Source: an uncultured delta proteobacterium (GTDB lineage Bacteria > Desulfobacterota > Desulfomonilia > UBA1062). From it: DNA of 64,000 nt. The DNA lies in NCBI GenBank assembly GCA_963798485.1, contig CAWCTR010000007.1, forward strand, positions 320,001 through 384,000. The letters are read 5' to 3'. The number at the start of each line of letters is the position of its first letter. Positions within the stretch are counted from its first letter, which is position 1. The position numbers and the translations under genes are program-made. The notes beneath the pieces were generated by a model. That model did no database searches, was not told where the DNA came from, and saw only the letters and a list, made by a program, of their open reading frames with translations. This document shows, piece by piece, positions 20,336-29,789 of the stretch.

Positions 20336-21070
20336 TTGAACGAGGAACCACACGTGGAAGATGAGAAACTGCCGGTAACCGACCATCTTGAAGAGCTCAG
20401 AGGCAGGATCATCAAGTGCTTCATTGCGGTTATTGTGGGGTTTCTCCTTTCCTATACGTTCTCCCGGCAGCTCTTTGATTTTCTGACCTCTCCCCTTCTC
20501 AAGGCCATGCCCCATGGGGGAAAGCTTATTTACACCTCGCTGCAGGAGGCCTTTGTCACCTACATGAAGATCTCGTTTTTTGCAGGGCTCTTCATGGCGG
20601 CACCGGTGATCTTCTACCAGATCTGGAAATTCGTGATTCCGGGCCTGTATGAGAAGGAGCGCACCTATGTAGTGCCCTTTGTAATCATGGCATGCGTCTT
20701 CTTTATCATAGGGGCGTCCTTTGCCTTTTTTGTGGCCTTCCCCTTTGCATTCAGGTTCTTCCTCAGTTTCACGAATGATCGTATCCAGGCCCTGCCCTCC
20801 ATGAAGGAATACCTGAGCCTTTGCATGAGCCTGATCATAGCCTTCGGCATCACCTTCGAGCTGCCGGTGATCATGTTCTTCCTTGCCAGGATGGGGCTCG
20901 TGAACCATACCAAGCTGAAGAAATACCGGAAATACGCGGTCCTCATCATTGCCTGCGCTGCGGCCTTCCTTACCCCACCAGATATTTTAAGCATGATATT
21001 GCTTATCATCCCTTTGTATTTCCTCTATGAGCTTAGTATCCTGGTAGTCTACTTCACCAGCAAAAAGTAG
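20336..21070 (+). CDS. tatC: Twin-arginine translocase TatC
   Basis: HLEELRGR, PGLYEKE, FELPV, LTPPD; TTG start. Confidence 0.95.
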   Translation: MNEEPHVEDEKLPVTDHLEELRGRIIKCFIAVIVGFLLSYTFSRQLFDFLTSPLLKAMPHGGKLIYTSLQEAFVTYMKISFFAGLFMAAPVIFYQIWKFVIPGLYEKERTYVVPFVIMACVFFIIGASFAFFVAFPFAFRFFLSFTNDRIQALPSMKEYLSLCMSLIIAFGITFELPVIMFFLARMGLVNHTKLKKYRKYAVLIIACAAAFLTPPDILSMILLIIPLYFLYELSILVVYFTSKK

Positions 21071-21079
21071 GATGCACAT

Positions 21080-21943
21080 ATGAAAAGCGCGGTTACCTAT
21101 GGGCTTTCCTCTTTTATTATCGTTGTTTTTTCTTTTCTCTTTATCATCATACCGTCATCTTCCTACGGCCAGGACCGGGCGCCCTTGAGGATCGTGTCGC
21201 TGGCGCCAAATATCACCAGGGAGATCTATGACCTGGGTGCTGAGAGCCTGCTTATCGGCGTGACAAGCTACTCGCCGGTAAGGGCCGGCTCCGGCAAACA
21301 GATGGTGGGATCGCCTGTGCGCATCAATATCGAGAAGACCTATTCGTTAAGGCCACAGCTCGTGCTGGCAAGCACGGACTGCAATAGCAAGTCGGATGTT
21401 GAGACGCTGAAAAAGCTAGGATGCAAGGTCCATGTCTTCAACGGGTGCGAGAGCTTCGCATGTATGTGTATGGCCTTTAAAGAGCTCGGCGTCATGCTGG
21501 GGAGGTCTCAGCGGGCCGAGGGTATCATTGGAGAGGTTAGGGCGCAGATGGACATCATCCAGGCGAAGATCCATGGCCGGAAAAGTCTGAAGGTGTTCTG
21601 GCAGCTTGGCGAGAACCCTCTTGTGACTGCAAGCGACGCTACCTTTTCAGGCGAGCTTCTGTGCAGGGCAGGGTGCGTCAATATCTTTGGGGATGCCCCC
21701 ATGCACTATCCACGGGTAAATGCGGAAGAGGTCATCAAGCGCAACCCCGATGTCATTGTGGTGGTAAGCCAGATGGGATCGGGTTCCACCGGGTCTGTAT
21801 GGGGCCGGTTCGGCACTATCAATGCGGTAAGCAAGAAACGGGTCTATGATCTCTCGGCGGACATAGTCTGCCAGCCCACTCCACTCATGTACCTCAAGGG
21901 ATATAAAGCGGTATTGGCCATGCTTTACCCTGGTATTTTATGA
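21080..21943 (+). CDS. Cobalamin/iron-siderophore ABC substrate-binding protein (BtuF-like)
   Basis: RIVSLAPNITR, EEVIKRNPDVI. Confidence 0.85.
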   Translation: MKSAVTYGLSSFIIVVFSFLFIIIPSSSYGQDRAPLRIVSLAPNITREIYDLGAESLLIGVTSYSPVRAGSGKQMVGSPVRINIEKTYSLRPQLVLASTDCNSKSDVETLKKLGCKVHVFNGCESFACMCMAFKELGVMLGRSQRAEGIIGEVRAQMDIIQAKIHGRKSLKVFWQLGENPLVTASDATFSGELLCRAGCVNIFGDAPMHYPRVNAEEVIKRNPDVIVVVSQMGSGSTGSVWGRFGTINAVSKKRVYDLSADIVCQPTPLMYLKGYKAVLAMLYPGIL

Positions 21944-22926
21944 ACAGGATTCCCACCTTTCTCATCTTAGGTTTTCTGCTGGTATGTGCGCTTATCCTGG
22001 CCGTTTTTATGGGAGGGGCGGAACTACCCGCAGCAACCGTCATCGATGCGCTGATCCACCCGAGGTCGAGTGGCATAGCGCATACCCTCATCTGGGAACT
22101 GCGCCTCCCGCGGGTCATAAGGGCCGTAGTGGTAGGCGCAGGCCTTGCAGGATGCGGGGTGGCATTCCAGGCTGTGCTGAGAAATCCGTTGGCTGAGCCC
22201 TTCACATTGGGGGTCTCTGCCGGCGGGGCCCTCGGGGCCACCATTGCCATAACCCTGGGGCTTTCAGGCCTGTCCATGGTGGGGCTTTGCTTTGCAGGGT
22301 GCCTCATGAGTATTACCGCGGTGATCTTAATGTCCACCCTGAAGGATTTTTCCACCACGACCATCATCCTCAGCGGTGTGGTCTTGAGCTTCCTATTGTC
22401 CTCGGTGGTAATGTTCATCTTCACCATAGCCACATCCCGTGAGGTCCATACATCCATCCTCTGGATCATGGGCAGCCTCAGCTCCACCGATACCCTGTCA
22501 ACGCCCGTGATCATCATGATAGTGTTTCCCCTTATCCTGCTGCTCAGCTTGTTGACGCGGGACATGAACCTCATCTCACTTGGAGACGAAAAAGCCCACC
22601 TCCTCGGCTTTTCTCCAGGCATGCTCAAGACAGTACTGCTCGGGCTCGCTTCGTTGATCACGGGGGTCTGTGTGGCCATCTCCGGCATCATAGGTTTCGT
22701 GGGGCTCATCATCCCCCATGCCATGCGGCGGGTAGTAGGTGCGGACCATCAGGTGCTCCTGGCGGCATCCATGCTCGCAGGGGGCACCTTCCTGTTGTTG
22801 TGTGATACGCTCTCCCAGGTCATTATCAGGCCCTATGAATTGCCGGTTGGGGTAATCACCGGTATCGCAGGCGGTGTCTTCTTTCTGGCATACCTTCTCA
22901 GGGCCTCTCCCCCGGAGGTTATCTAA
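21940..22926 (+). CDS. FecCD/BtuC-family ABC permease
   Basis: LRLPR, RNPLAEPFTLG, GIIGFVGLIIPH, ELPVG. Confidence 0.92.
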   Translation: MNRIPTFLILGFLLVCALILAVFMGGAELPAATVIDALIHPRSSGIAHTLIWELRLPRVIRAVVVGAGLAGCGVAFQAVLRNPLAEPFTLGVSAGGALGATIAITLGLSGLSMVGLCFAGCLMSITAVILMSTLKDFSTTTIILSGVVLSFLLSSVVMFIFTIATSREVHTSILWIMGSLSSTDTLSTPVIIMIVFPLILLLSLLTRDMNLISLGDEKAHLLGFSPGMLKTVLLGLASLITGVCVAISGIIGFVGLIIPHAMRRVVGADHQVLLAASMLAGGTFLLLCDTLSQVIIRPYELPVGVITGIAGGVFFLAYLLRASPPEVI

Positions 22927-23712
22927 ATGACAGGGCTCAGGGTGGAAAACCTGACTGCCGGGTATCAGAACCACCCGGTGGTAGACAGGGTATCCTTTGA
23001 TGTTAACCCAGGGGGCATTTTCGGGCTTATCGGGCCCAACGGAAGCGGCAAGACCACCCTGTTCAAGTGCATATGCGCCCTCATGGAACCCTGGGGAGGG
23101 AAGGTATTCCTGGGAGATGAAGACATCTCGGCAATGCCCAGGAAGAAGCTTGCCCGCAAGGCCGCCTTCATCCCCCAGATCCATTCAGTATCCTTCCCAT
23201 ATACGGTGGAGGAATACGTGTTTATGGGAAGGTATCCCCATCGCGGCAGGATGATGCCCTTTACGCCCTCAGACCAGCGGATCGTTGAGGAGACCATGTC
23301 AATGCTCGACCTCACTGAGGTCAGGGCACAGCGGATCCAGCGGCTCTCGGGTGGAGAGATGCAGCGGGTGTTCCTTGCATGCGGGCTTGCCCAGAAGCCC
23401 GAGATCCTCCTCATGGATGAACCCACCACGCACCTGGACATCGGCCACCAAATGAGTCTGCTGGACCTGGTAAAAGGGCTCTCCGGCAACTGCGGGCTCA
23501 CCGTGCTGGTAACCATGCACGACCTCAACCTGGCCAGCCTCTACTGTACATCCATCGCACTCATGGACCATGGCCGCATCCACGCACAAGGGAGTCCGGA
23601 AGAGGTTCTCACTGCACAGAATATCGAACATGTGTACCGGGCCCGGGTGGAAGTAGGGAAAGACCCGGTATTGTTAAAACCGCATATATTCTTCGTGCCG
23701 GGGCGGAAATAG
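22927..23712 (+). CDS. FecE/BtuD-family ABC ATPase
   Basis: GPNGSGKT, LSGGE, DEPTTHLD, HDLNLA. Confidence 0.93.
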   Translation: MTGLRVENLTAGYQNHPVVDRVSFDVNPGGIFGLIGPNGSGKTTLFKCICALMEPWGGKVFLGDEDISAMPRKKLARKAAFIPQIHSVSFPYTVEEYVFMGRYPHRGRMMPFTPSDQRIVEETMSMLDLTEVRAQRIQRLSGGEMQRVFLACGLAQKPEILLMDEPTTHLDIGHQMSLLDLVKGLSGNCGLTVLVTMHDLNLASLYCTSIALMDHGRIHAQGSPEEVLTAQNIEHVYRARVEVGKDPVLLKPHIFFVPGRK

Positions 23713-23881
23713 GATGCCTCCACGCATCACCCATCTCACATTTCATTCAATGCCATTAAACATTCTTTTCAATGGATCCTGGGTTTCTCAGGTCCGGTCC
23801 GTATCATACTTGAGCGGCAATTCAGTTAATCGTAAGCAATATTGTTGGGTTAACAGGCATCATTCATTCTGTCCGCGCAAT

Positions 23882-23897
23882 TGGCATGGTTAGTGCT
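23882..23897 (+). promoter_or_regulatory. Sigma54 (-24/-12) promoter
   Basis: TGGCATGGTTAGTGCT: GG-N10-GC with TGGCA core, about 40 nt upstream of a small ORF. Confidence 0.65.
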
Positions 23898-23939
23898 CAT
23901 TACATAAGCATCAAGCAATTATGAAGGGGGTCAATGACA

Positions 23940-24215
23940 ATGAAAAAGATAATCCAGACAATAATCGTAGCAATGTTCGTGGTCATGATTACCGGTACGT
24001 TTGCCTTTGCCGCAGCAGCAACGTCAGGTGGCAACAGCTTCCCCTACTTCCACCTTGGCTGTCTGATCATGGGCGGGCTCACCATCATCTCTTTGAAGTA
24101 TCGCTATGAGAGGATGTACCTCAGCGAGGCAGTGGGATCTTTCGCGCTGTATGCAGTGCTCGTTGCCCTGTTCACCGCACCGGTCATCGAGGCGGTAAAG
24201 GGCCTGGTAAGCTGA
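23940..24215 (+). CDS. Small membrane protein with signal peptide and two hydrophobic segments
   Basis: MKK...AFA signal, G-rich RBS, downstream of sigma54 motif. Confidence 0.7.
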   Translation: MKKIIQTIIVAMFVVMITGTFAFAAAATSGGNSFPYFHLGCLIMGGLTIISLKYRYERMYLSEAVGSFALYAVLVALFTAPVIEAVKGLVS

Positions 24216-24301
24216 GAAGGTCATATATAGGTGAGGTTATCAAGCCCTGAGAGTCGAAGTGCCGGGAACGGGAGGGTAAAGAAGGAGAGGAGGTAACAGC
24301 C

Positions 24302-24565
24302 ATGAAAAGGGTTAAAAAAGACAAACTCAATAACAAGAATCTCAACCATATCATCCTCATGAGTGCGTGGAGCTTCACCCTGGTTATCTCCTCCTTCCTG
24401 TTCATGTTTGTCGGACGGTGGATCGATATGCGGTTCAATACCGAGCCCGCATTTATGCTTGGATTGTTTGTATTGGCAATATCGTTGTGCATCGGGAGAA
24501 TATATATGGATTTCACCAAGACACGAGAGAAGGTTGATTCAAGGGTAAGGCATCATCAGGTGTAG
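24302..24565 (+). CDS. AtpZ/AtpI (ATPase gene 1)-family small membrane protein
   Basis: GRWIDMRFNTEP.FMLG hairpin motif; strong GGAGG RBS. Confidence 0.75.
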   Translation: MKRVKKDKLNNKNLNHIILMSAWSFTLVISSFLFMFVGRWIDMRFNTEPAFMLGLFVLAISLCIGRIYMDFTKTREKVDSRVRHHQV

Positions 24566-24616
24566 GTAATTGATTGTTAAATGGATAGGGGGTTTAGCTG
24601 GATCCGTAAAGACTTT

Positions 24617-24991
24617 TTACCGGTCTGCCTCCAGGAGGCTCTGCACCTTGAAAAGGATGATGTGTGCAGGTGAAGGCTTGACGAGATAGAGGTTTGCCCC
24701 TGAATCGTAGGCGAGCTTCTTGTTTTCGACAGTGGCATCGGTGGTGAGCATGATAATGGGGAGATCTTTGTACAGGGGGTCCTGCCTTACTGAGGTGATG
24801 AATTCGATGCCGTCCATGTTGGGCATGTTCAGGTCTGAGATGATGAGCTTTATCTCTGGGTTCTGTGAGAGTTTCTCCAGTGCGTCGAAACCGTCCGAGG
24901 CCTCGATACATCGTAGATTCTTTGTCTTCAGGGTATATGCGAGAAATTTCCTCACCGTACTTGAGTCATCAACAACCAGGATCGTTTCCAT
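24617..24991 (-). CDS. Single-domain response regulator (CheY-like)
   Basis: VVDDS, SDLNMP, LTT, KP; RBS before METIL. Confidence 0.9.
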   Translation of the reverse strand: METILVVDDSSTVRKFLAYTLKTKNLRCIEASDGFDALEKLSQNPEIKLIISDLNMPNMDGIEFITSVRQDPLYKDLPIIMLTTDATVENKKLAYDSGANLYLVKPSPAHIILFKVQSLLEADR

Positions 24992-25007
24992 GAATAAGAA
25001 CCTCCCC

Positions 25008-25868
25008 CTATTCCTTTTTATACCCCAGAGCCCCAGGAAAATGTACAAGCTTGAAAGCCCTTGAAATATTGTGCAAAGATTCGGAGTGGCCGATGAAGAG
25101 ATAACCGCCGTGGTTCAGGCTGTCATAGAGCTGAGAAACAAACCTTTTTCTGGCTGAGTCATCGAAATAGATGAGCACGTTTCTGCAAAAAACGACGTCA
25201 AACCCCTTCATGATCTGCACACGTTTGACATCATTGAGGTTGAGGTACTGGAGGTCCACCAGGTTGTGGACATCATCAATGATACGATATGAGCTTCCGT
25301 CCGGAATGAAAAATGACTGCTTCACCTCAGGCGGTACGGAGCGCAGGGCGTAGTCGCTGTATATGGCGGCCTTGGCTGAGCGTAGCGCCTTTTCACTGAT
25401 GTCGCTGGCAACGATTTTTATGTCCCAGTTAGGGCACTTCTCATTCAAGACCTCTTTGATCACGATGCCTATGGTATATGGTTCTTCACCCGTGGAACAT
25501 CCGGCAGACCAGAGGCGGAGCTGGGGGTCTTGTTGCTTATCTTTGCGGGTTATGATATCGGGGAGTACCTTTTCCTGGAACGCCTGGATCTGCGGCGGGC
25601 TCCGGTAGAAGCTGGTCTCGTTGGTGGTCACCGAGTCAAACAACGCACTCAGTTCCCGTGCCGCCTGGGGATCATATCTGAGCAGGTAATAGTATTTATC
25701 ATAATCGGTAAGGTTATTGGCCTTCAATCGCATGGAGAGCCTGGTCTCAAGCTGGCCCTTTTTGGTATCGGCAAAGTAGATGCCGGACTGTTCATAGATA
25801 AAGTCGCGCAACAGGATAAAGGTCTCATCAGTCATTTGTGGGCAGGTGCTGCCTGAGCTCTCAGCCAT
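25008..25868 (-). CDS. cheR: Chemotaxis protein methyltransferase CheR
   Basis: TNETSFYR, WSAGCSTGEEPY, FCRNVLIYFD, GHSESL. Confidence 0.95.
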   Translation of the reverse strand: MAESSGSTCPQMTDETFILLRDFIYEQSGIYFADTKKGQLETRLSMRLKANNLTDYDKYYYLLRYDPQAARELSALFDSVTTNETSFYRSPPQIQAFQEKVLPDIITRKDKQQDPQLRLWSAGCSTGEEPYTIGIVIKEVLNEKCPNWDIKIVASDISEKALRSAKAAIYSDYALRSVPPEVKQSFFIPDGSSYRIIDDVHNLVDLQYLNLNDVKRVQIMKGFDVVFCRNVLIYFDDSARKRFVSQLYDSLNHGGYLFIGHSESLHNISRAFKLVHFPGALGYKKE

Positions 25869-26763
25869 TGGCCTTCTCCGCCGTTGTGGGATCCATGACC
25901 GTATCGATATAGCCCTTCACCTGGTCGCCGATTGACTCCATCTCAAAGGTAATACGCTCTATGTCAAGGTCATCAAGGTCATAACCTCTTTCTTTGAGGA
26001 CATTCCAGGCTTCTTCATCCGAGAGGATAAAGGACATCCTGTCGCCCCCGCACGATAGCTCCTTGGCCTTTGCCAGGAGGTTCGACATGGAGACGAGTGC
26101 AACCATATCCCGGTGCGTTGCCTGGGACGGCTGATGGTGCCAGAGGATGACATCCCCGAGGTAGGCAGGCAGGTTCCATTTCTGGGCCAGGTAATAACCG
26201 ACCTCCATATGGTTTGTCCCGCATAACTCCATCTCCGTCTCATACATTGGCCGGTCCTTATCAATGGACATGGTGTAGGCTGCAAGGAATTCGTCATGGA
26301 AGTACTGGTCGAGGATGATCTTGCCGATATCGTGCAGAAGCCCTGCTACGAACTCCCTACCCATAGATCTCATACCGAGCTTTTTGTCTATATATCTTGC
26401 AATAAGACCGGCGGCGACACTGTGATCCCAGAAACTCTCCCTGATGGAGACCTCCTTTGCCCTGCGGGATTTGAGTGCGGAAAAGACCGAAAGCGAGGTG
26501 GTGATGTTGATGATCTCGGCAAGTCCCAGAAAGATAATGGCATGGTGCAGGGTCTCGACCTTCCGGTCCCCCCTGCGGTAGAACGTAGAATTGGCCATCC
26601 TCAGCACCTTTGCGGCCAGAGGGGGGTCTTTGTGGATGGACTCGGCGATGATTTGGATTGACACGTCGCTCTGGTGTGCCAGGCTCAAGACCTCGAGCGC
26701 TACAGAGGGTAAAGTAGGGAGATCGTCTATGTTCCGGATTCGCTCGAGCACATGGGCCTGCAT
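25861..26763 (-). CDS. HDOD domain protein
   Basis: LPTLP, DPPLAAKVLRMANS, FWDHS, GLLHDIGK. Confidence 0.92.
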   Translation of the reverse strand: MQAHVLERIRNIDDLPTLPSVALEVLSLAHQSDVSIQIIAESIHKDPPLAAKVLRMANSTFYRRGDRKVETLHHAIIFLGLAEIINITTSLSVFSALKSRRAKEVSIRESFWDHSVAAGLIARYIDKKLGMRSMGREFVAGLLHDIGKIILDQYFHDEFLAAYTMSIDKDRPMYETEMELCGTNHMEVGYYLAQKWNLPAYLGDVILWHHQPSQATHRDMVALVSMSNLLAKAKELSCGGDRMSFILSDEEAWNVLKERGYDLDDLDIERITFEMESIGDQVKGYIDTVMDPTTAEKANG

Positions 26764-26765
26764 CT

Positions 26766-28673
26766 TTAGAAGCTCACCCCCTGAAGCCTGTCAATGGCAT
26801 CAACGATGGCGCGGGCCACGTCCGGATTCGGATCGTCGATATACTCTTCCAACTCTGCAGCAAGCGCCTCTTCCTCCCACCCGGCAATGGTCTTTATTGC
26901 GGAGATCTTCAGGAAGTCCGACCCGCAGGTTAAGAGATCGAGGAGTTTCGCCTTGGCAGAATCGTCTTTGAAACTCCCCAGGGCCTCAATGGCATGGGAT
27001 GCGGCCCACATGTCATCACTGTCAATGGCGGCATGAAGGTTTTCTTTGAGCGCTTCGACCTTTTTCATGCCTATGATATCGAGTGCAGCATACCTTATCT
27101 GCTCATGCGTATCGGCGAGCAGGGATTTGAGCATATTCGTAGTGATAGGCAGGTCCTTATCCCTGATGACCTTTACCGCCTCTGCCCTCGCCTCCCAGTT
27201 CTCATCTTTCAACAGTCTTTCGGCAGCCTGGTGGAGACAGGGACTTTCCATGTGTTCAAGACCCCTTAATCCCATGATACGCTTGCCCTGATCAGGATCC
27301 GAGGCCATATGCGAGAACACCTCTTCGGCTTGCTCAGTCCCGATCATGACGACGGAAATCAGTGCCGTTTCACGCACATCCGGATATTTATGACTTAAGT
27401 ATGGCTCCATTATCCTGACGTCATCAGGATCTCCGTTTTTTGCAAGCGCAAGGAGTGATGATGAGATGACATGGCCGTCCGTATCTGTGAGGAGCCGGCG
27501 GAACGTATCGCATAAAGATGCACCCCCGATAGATGCCAAGGCATCGGTCATGGCGCGTTTTACATAGCCCTGGGCCGTAAAGACCCTCTCGCATATCCGT
27601 GCCGCACCCTCGTCCTTACCAATTCCGGCCAGGACATTCGCAGCGAGGATTTTAAGTTTGTCTTCGGCATCGAGTAGTTTCACCATGGCCTGGGCGTCGC
27701 CGATCCGGCACAGGGCATCAGTGACTACCCCGAACTTCTCAGGGTGGGTGTCAGGGTCTGTGCTGCGGGCGAGCTCGATCATGGCCTGTACGCTGGCCTT
27801 GTCGCCGATGCGCGGGAGCACCATGAGCATATCGCCAAGCAGCCCTTCTTCAACATCGTTCAGATGCATATCAATAATGGTCTTGATGATGTGTGCGTCT
27901 TTATCCGGCAGTGAGGCGATCTCGTCAGGGGATAGGATCTTCAGCAAGGCCTTGACGATCTCGGTCTCAATATATGCATTTGCGGTTTCGAGCATGGCAA
28001 TCAGGGTATTCACGCACTGTTTGGGTTTGATCTTGCCGATTGTTTCCAGCAGTGCGGATACGGTGAGTTCGTCGAAAGACCACCTCTCGAGCTGTTCAAG
28101 GAGAAAACCAGCGGTATTCTCATGGGGAATCTGAGAGAGGGTCTCAATGGCGGAGAAACGGATCCATTCTTCGTCTTCAATCAATGGTTTGATATATTCA
28201 AAGGCCTTGGGGTCTCCAAGGAGACCAAGAGATACTATTGCTGCATTGCGTATATTGAGATTCGGGTCGGTGAGCCCGCCGATGAGCACGTCCACGCTCT
28301 CGGGGTTGCCGATGGTGCCTAAAATGTCGAGCACAAAGAGCCTGATATCAGGATTTTCATCAACTGCAAGCCTGTGCATGACATCAATACCGTCATCACC
28401 GACCTTCCTGAGGATGTCGATAGCGGCATTACGCAAGCCCGGATCAATAATGCCGACCAATGGGGCCACCTTCTCAACCGTGTTTCGGCCGCCCAGGAAC
28501 ATGAGCGCACTTTGTGAGGCGTCCCTGACGCCTCCATTTGTATCCTTCAGTAACTCTACGAGGCGATCGATGGTAGCAGGTTCATCCCCGGACTCACCAA
28601 GCATGGTGGCTGCCATGCGACGGTCAGAGGAGTCATCCGACCTCATCAGTGCGTCTATTGTGGAATAATTCAT
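26766..28673 (-). CDS. HEAT/PBS-lyase repeat protein
   Basis: Many LxD.d..VR..A..aLg repeats across 635 aa. Confidence 0.9.
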   Translation of the reverse strand: MNYSTIDALMRSDDSSDRRMAATMLGESGDEPATIDRLVELLKDTNGGVRDASQSALMFLGGRNTVEKVAPLVGIIDPGLRNAAIDILRKVGDDGIDVMHRLAVDENPDIRLFVLDILGTIGNPESVDVLIGGLTDPNLNIRNAAIVSLGLLGDPKAFEYIKPLIEDEEWIRFSAIETLSQIPHENTAGFLLEQLERWSFDELTVSALLETIGKIKPKQCVNTLIAMLETANAYIETEIVKALLKILSPDEIASLPDKDAHIIKTIIDMHLNDVEEGLLGDMLMVLPRIGDKASVQAMIELARSTDPDTHPEKFGVVTDALCRIGDAQAMVKLLDAEDKLKILAANVLAGIGKDEGAARICERVFTAQGYVKRAMTDALASIGGASLCDTFRRLLTDTDGHVISSSLLALAKNGDPDDVRIMEPYLSHKYPDVRETALISVVMIGTEQAEEVFSHMASDPDQGKRIMGLRGLEHMESPCLHQAAERLLKDENWEARAEAVKVIRDKDLPITTNMLKSLLADTHEQIRYAALDIIGMKKVEALKENLHAAIDSDDMWAASHAIEALGSFKDDSAKAKLLDLLTCGSDFLKISAIKTIAGWEEEALAAELEEYIDDPNPDVARAIVDAIDRLQGVSF

Positions 28674-28738
28674 AATGCCCGCATCATCCTAAAAGAATTG
28701 ATTGAATCCTGTTATCAATTCAGATGATAGGTATTCAT

Positions 28739-29341
28739 TCATTTTGCGCTGTACTGGACAAATGCCACTTCTTGTATCGGATAATCCATAAGATCATCTG
28801 AGAGCATCAAGGTAATCTCGGTCTGTGAATAGACACTCGCCGCTGCCAAAAGCCTCTTGTAGATAATGCCCCTAATCTCGAAGAGTTTGCTCTGAATAGA
28901 GGTAATCATGGAGGGGTCCACCTTGAGGCTCACCTGTGCAACGAGCACACCGGATTTCTTGGGTATGTCCGTTGAATAGAAGACCATAAAGGGGTCAAGG
29001 ACTATTCCATCAGGTCCCAAAGGGGATATCTTTTGAGGCTGGACTACTTTTGCAATATTCTTTGAAACTTCATGGTGCCCATGGAATAAGAAGAACCCTA
29101 TAACGCTCAGAAGCACCAGAAGTGCAGCAGCGCCCGCCCCGGCCATCAGGATCAGGCGTTTCTTTGAAGCCGGTTTCTTTTCAGGCTCCTGGTCGGACTT
29201 TGGCTCTTGCGCGTCGGCATGCGCCTGAGCCTCTTCGGTATCCAGAGGAATGCCTTCTTTGTCAAGTTCAGCCTTGCCGGTATCCTGCAACAGGATTCCT
29301 TCTTTATCGAGGTCTGCCTTTTTCCCAGGCTGATTTTCCAT
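28739..29341 (-). CDS. FliL-like flagellar membrane protein
   Basis: Acidic N-terminus, KKR+TM, LDPFMV, EIRGII; flagellar context. Confidence 0.6.
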   Translation of the reverse strand: MENQPGKKADLDKEGILLQDTGKAELDKEGIPLDTEEAQAHADAQEPKSDQEPEKKPASKKRLILMAGAGAAALLVLLSVIGFFLFHGHHEVSKNIAKVVQPQKISPLGPDGIVLDPFMVFYSTDIPKKSGVLVAQVSLKVDPSMITSIQSKLFEIRGIIYKRLLAAASVYSQTEITLMLSDDLMDYPIQEVAFVQYSAK

Positions 29342-29348
29342 GTTTCAC

Positions 29349-29732
29349 CTACTTGTTGAATATCTGATTGATCTTCTGGCTCAGGGTCTCAGCGGTGAAG
29401 GGTTTGACAATATAATTGCTCACACCGGATTTCACGGCCTCGATGATGTTCTCTTGTTGAGACTCTGCGGTGACCATCAAGAAAGGGATGTGCTTCAGCG
29501 CGTCATCGGATCGGACCGCCTTGAGCAATTCCAGACCGGTCATCTTCGGCATGTTCCAGTCCGAGACCACCAGATCGATCTTCTCCCGCTGGAGCGCCTC
29601 AAGGGCGGTTGACCCGTCGTCGGCTTCTGCAATATTTACAAAATTAAGTTGCTTCAGGATGTTCTTCACAATCCTGCGCATGGTGGAAAAATCGTCAACG
29701 ATGAGGATCCTCATGCTCTTATCTGTTGTCAT
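29349..29732 (-). CDS. cheY: Chemotaxis response regulator CheY
   Basis: VDDFSTMRRIVKN, SDWNMP, YIVKPF. Confidence 0.96.
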   Translation of the reverse strand: MTTDKSMRILIVDDFSTMRRIVKNILKQLNFVNIAEADDGSTALEALQREKIDLVVSDWNMPKMTGLELLKAVRSDDALKHIPFLMVTAESQQENIIEAVKSGVSNYIVKPFTAETLSQKINQIFNK

Positions 29733-29789
29733 AGATACCTCCGGTACAAGTACCGTTTAAGTTCTCATCGAATATTCCGCTATAAACCT

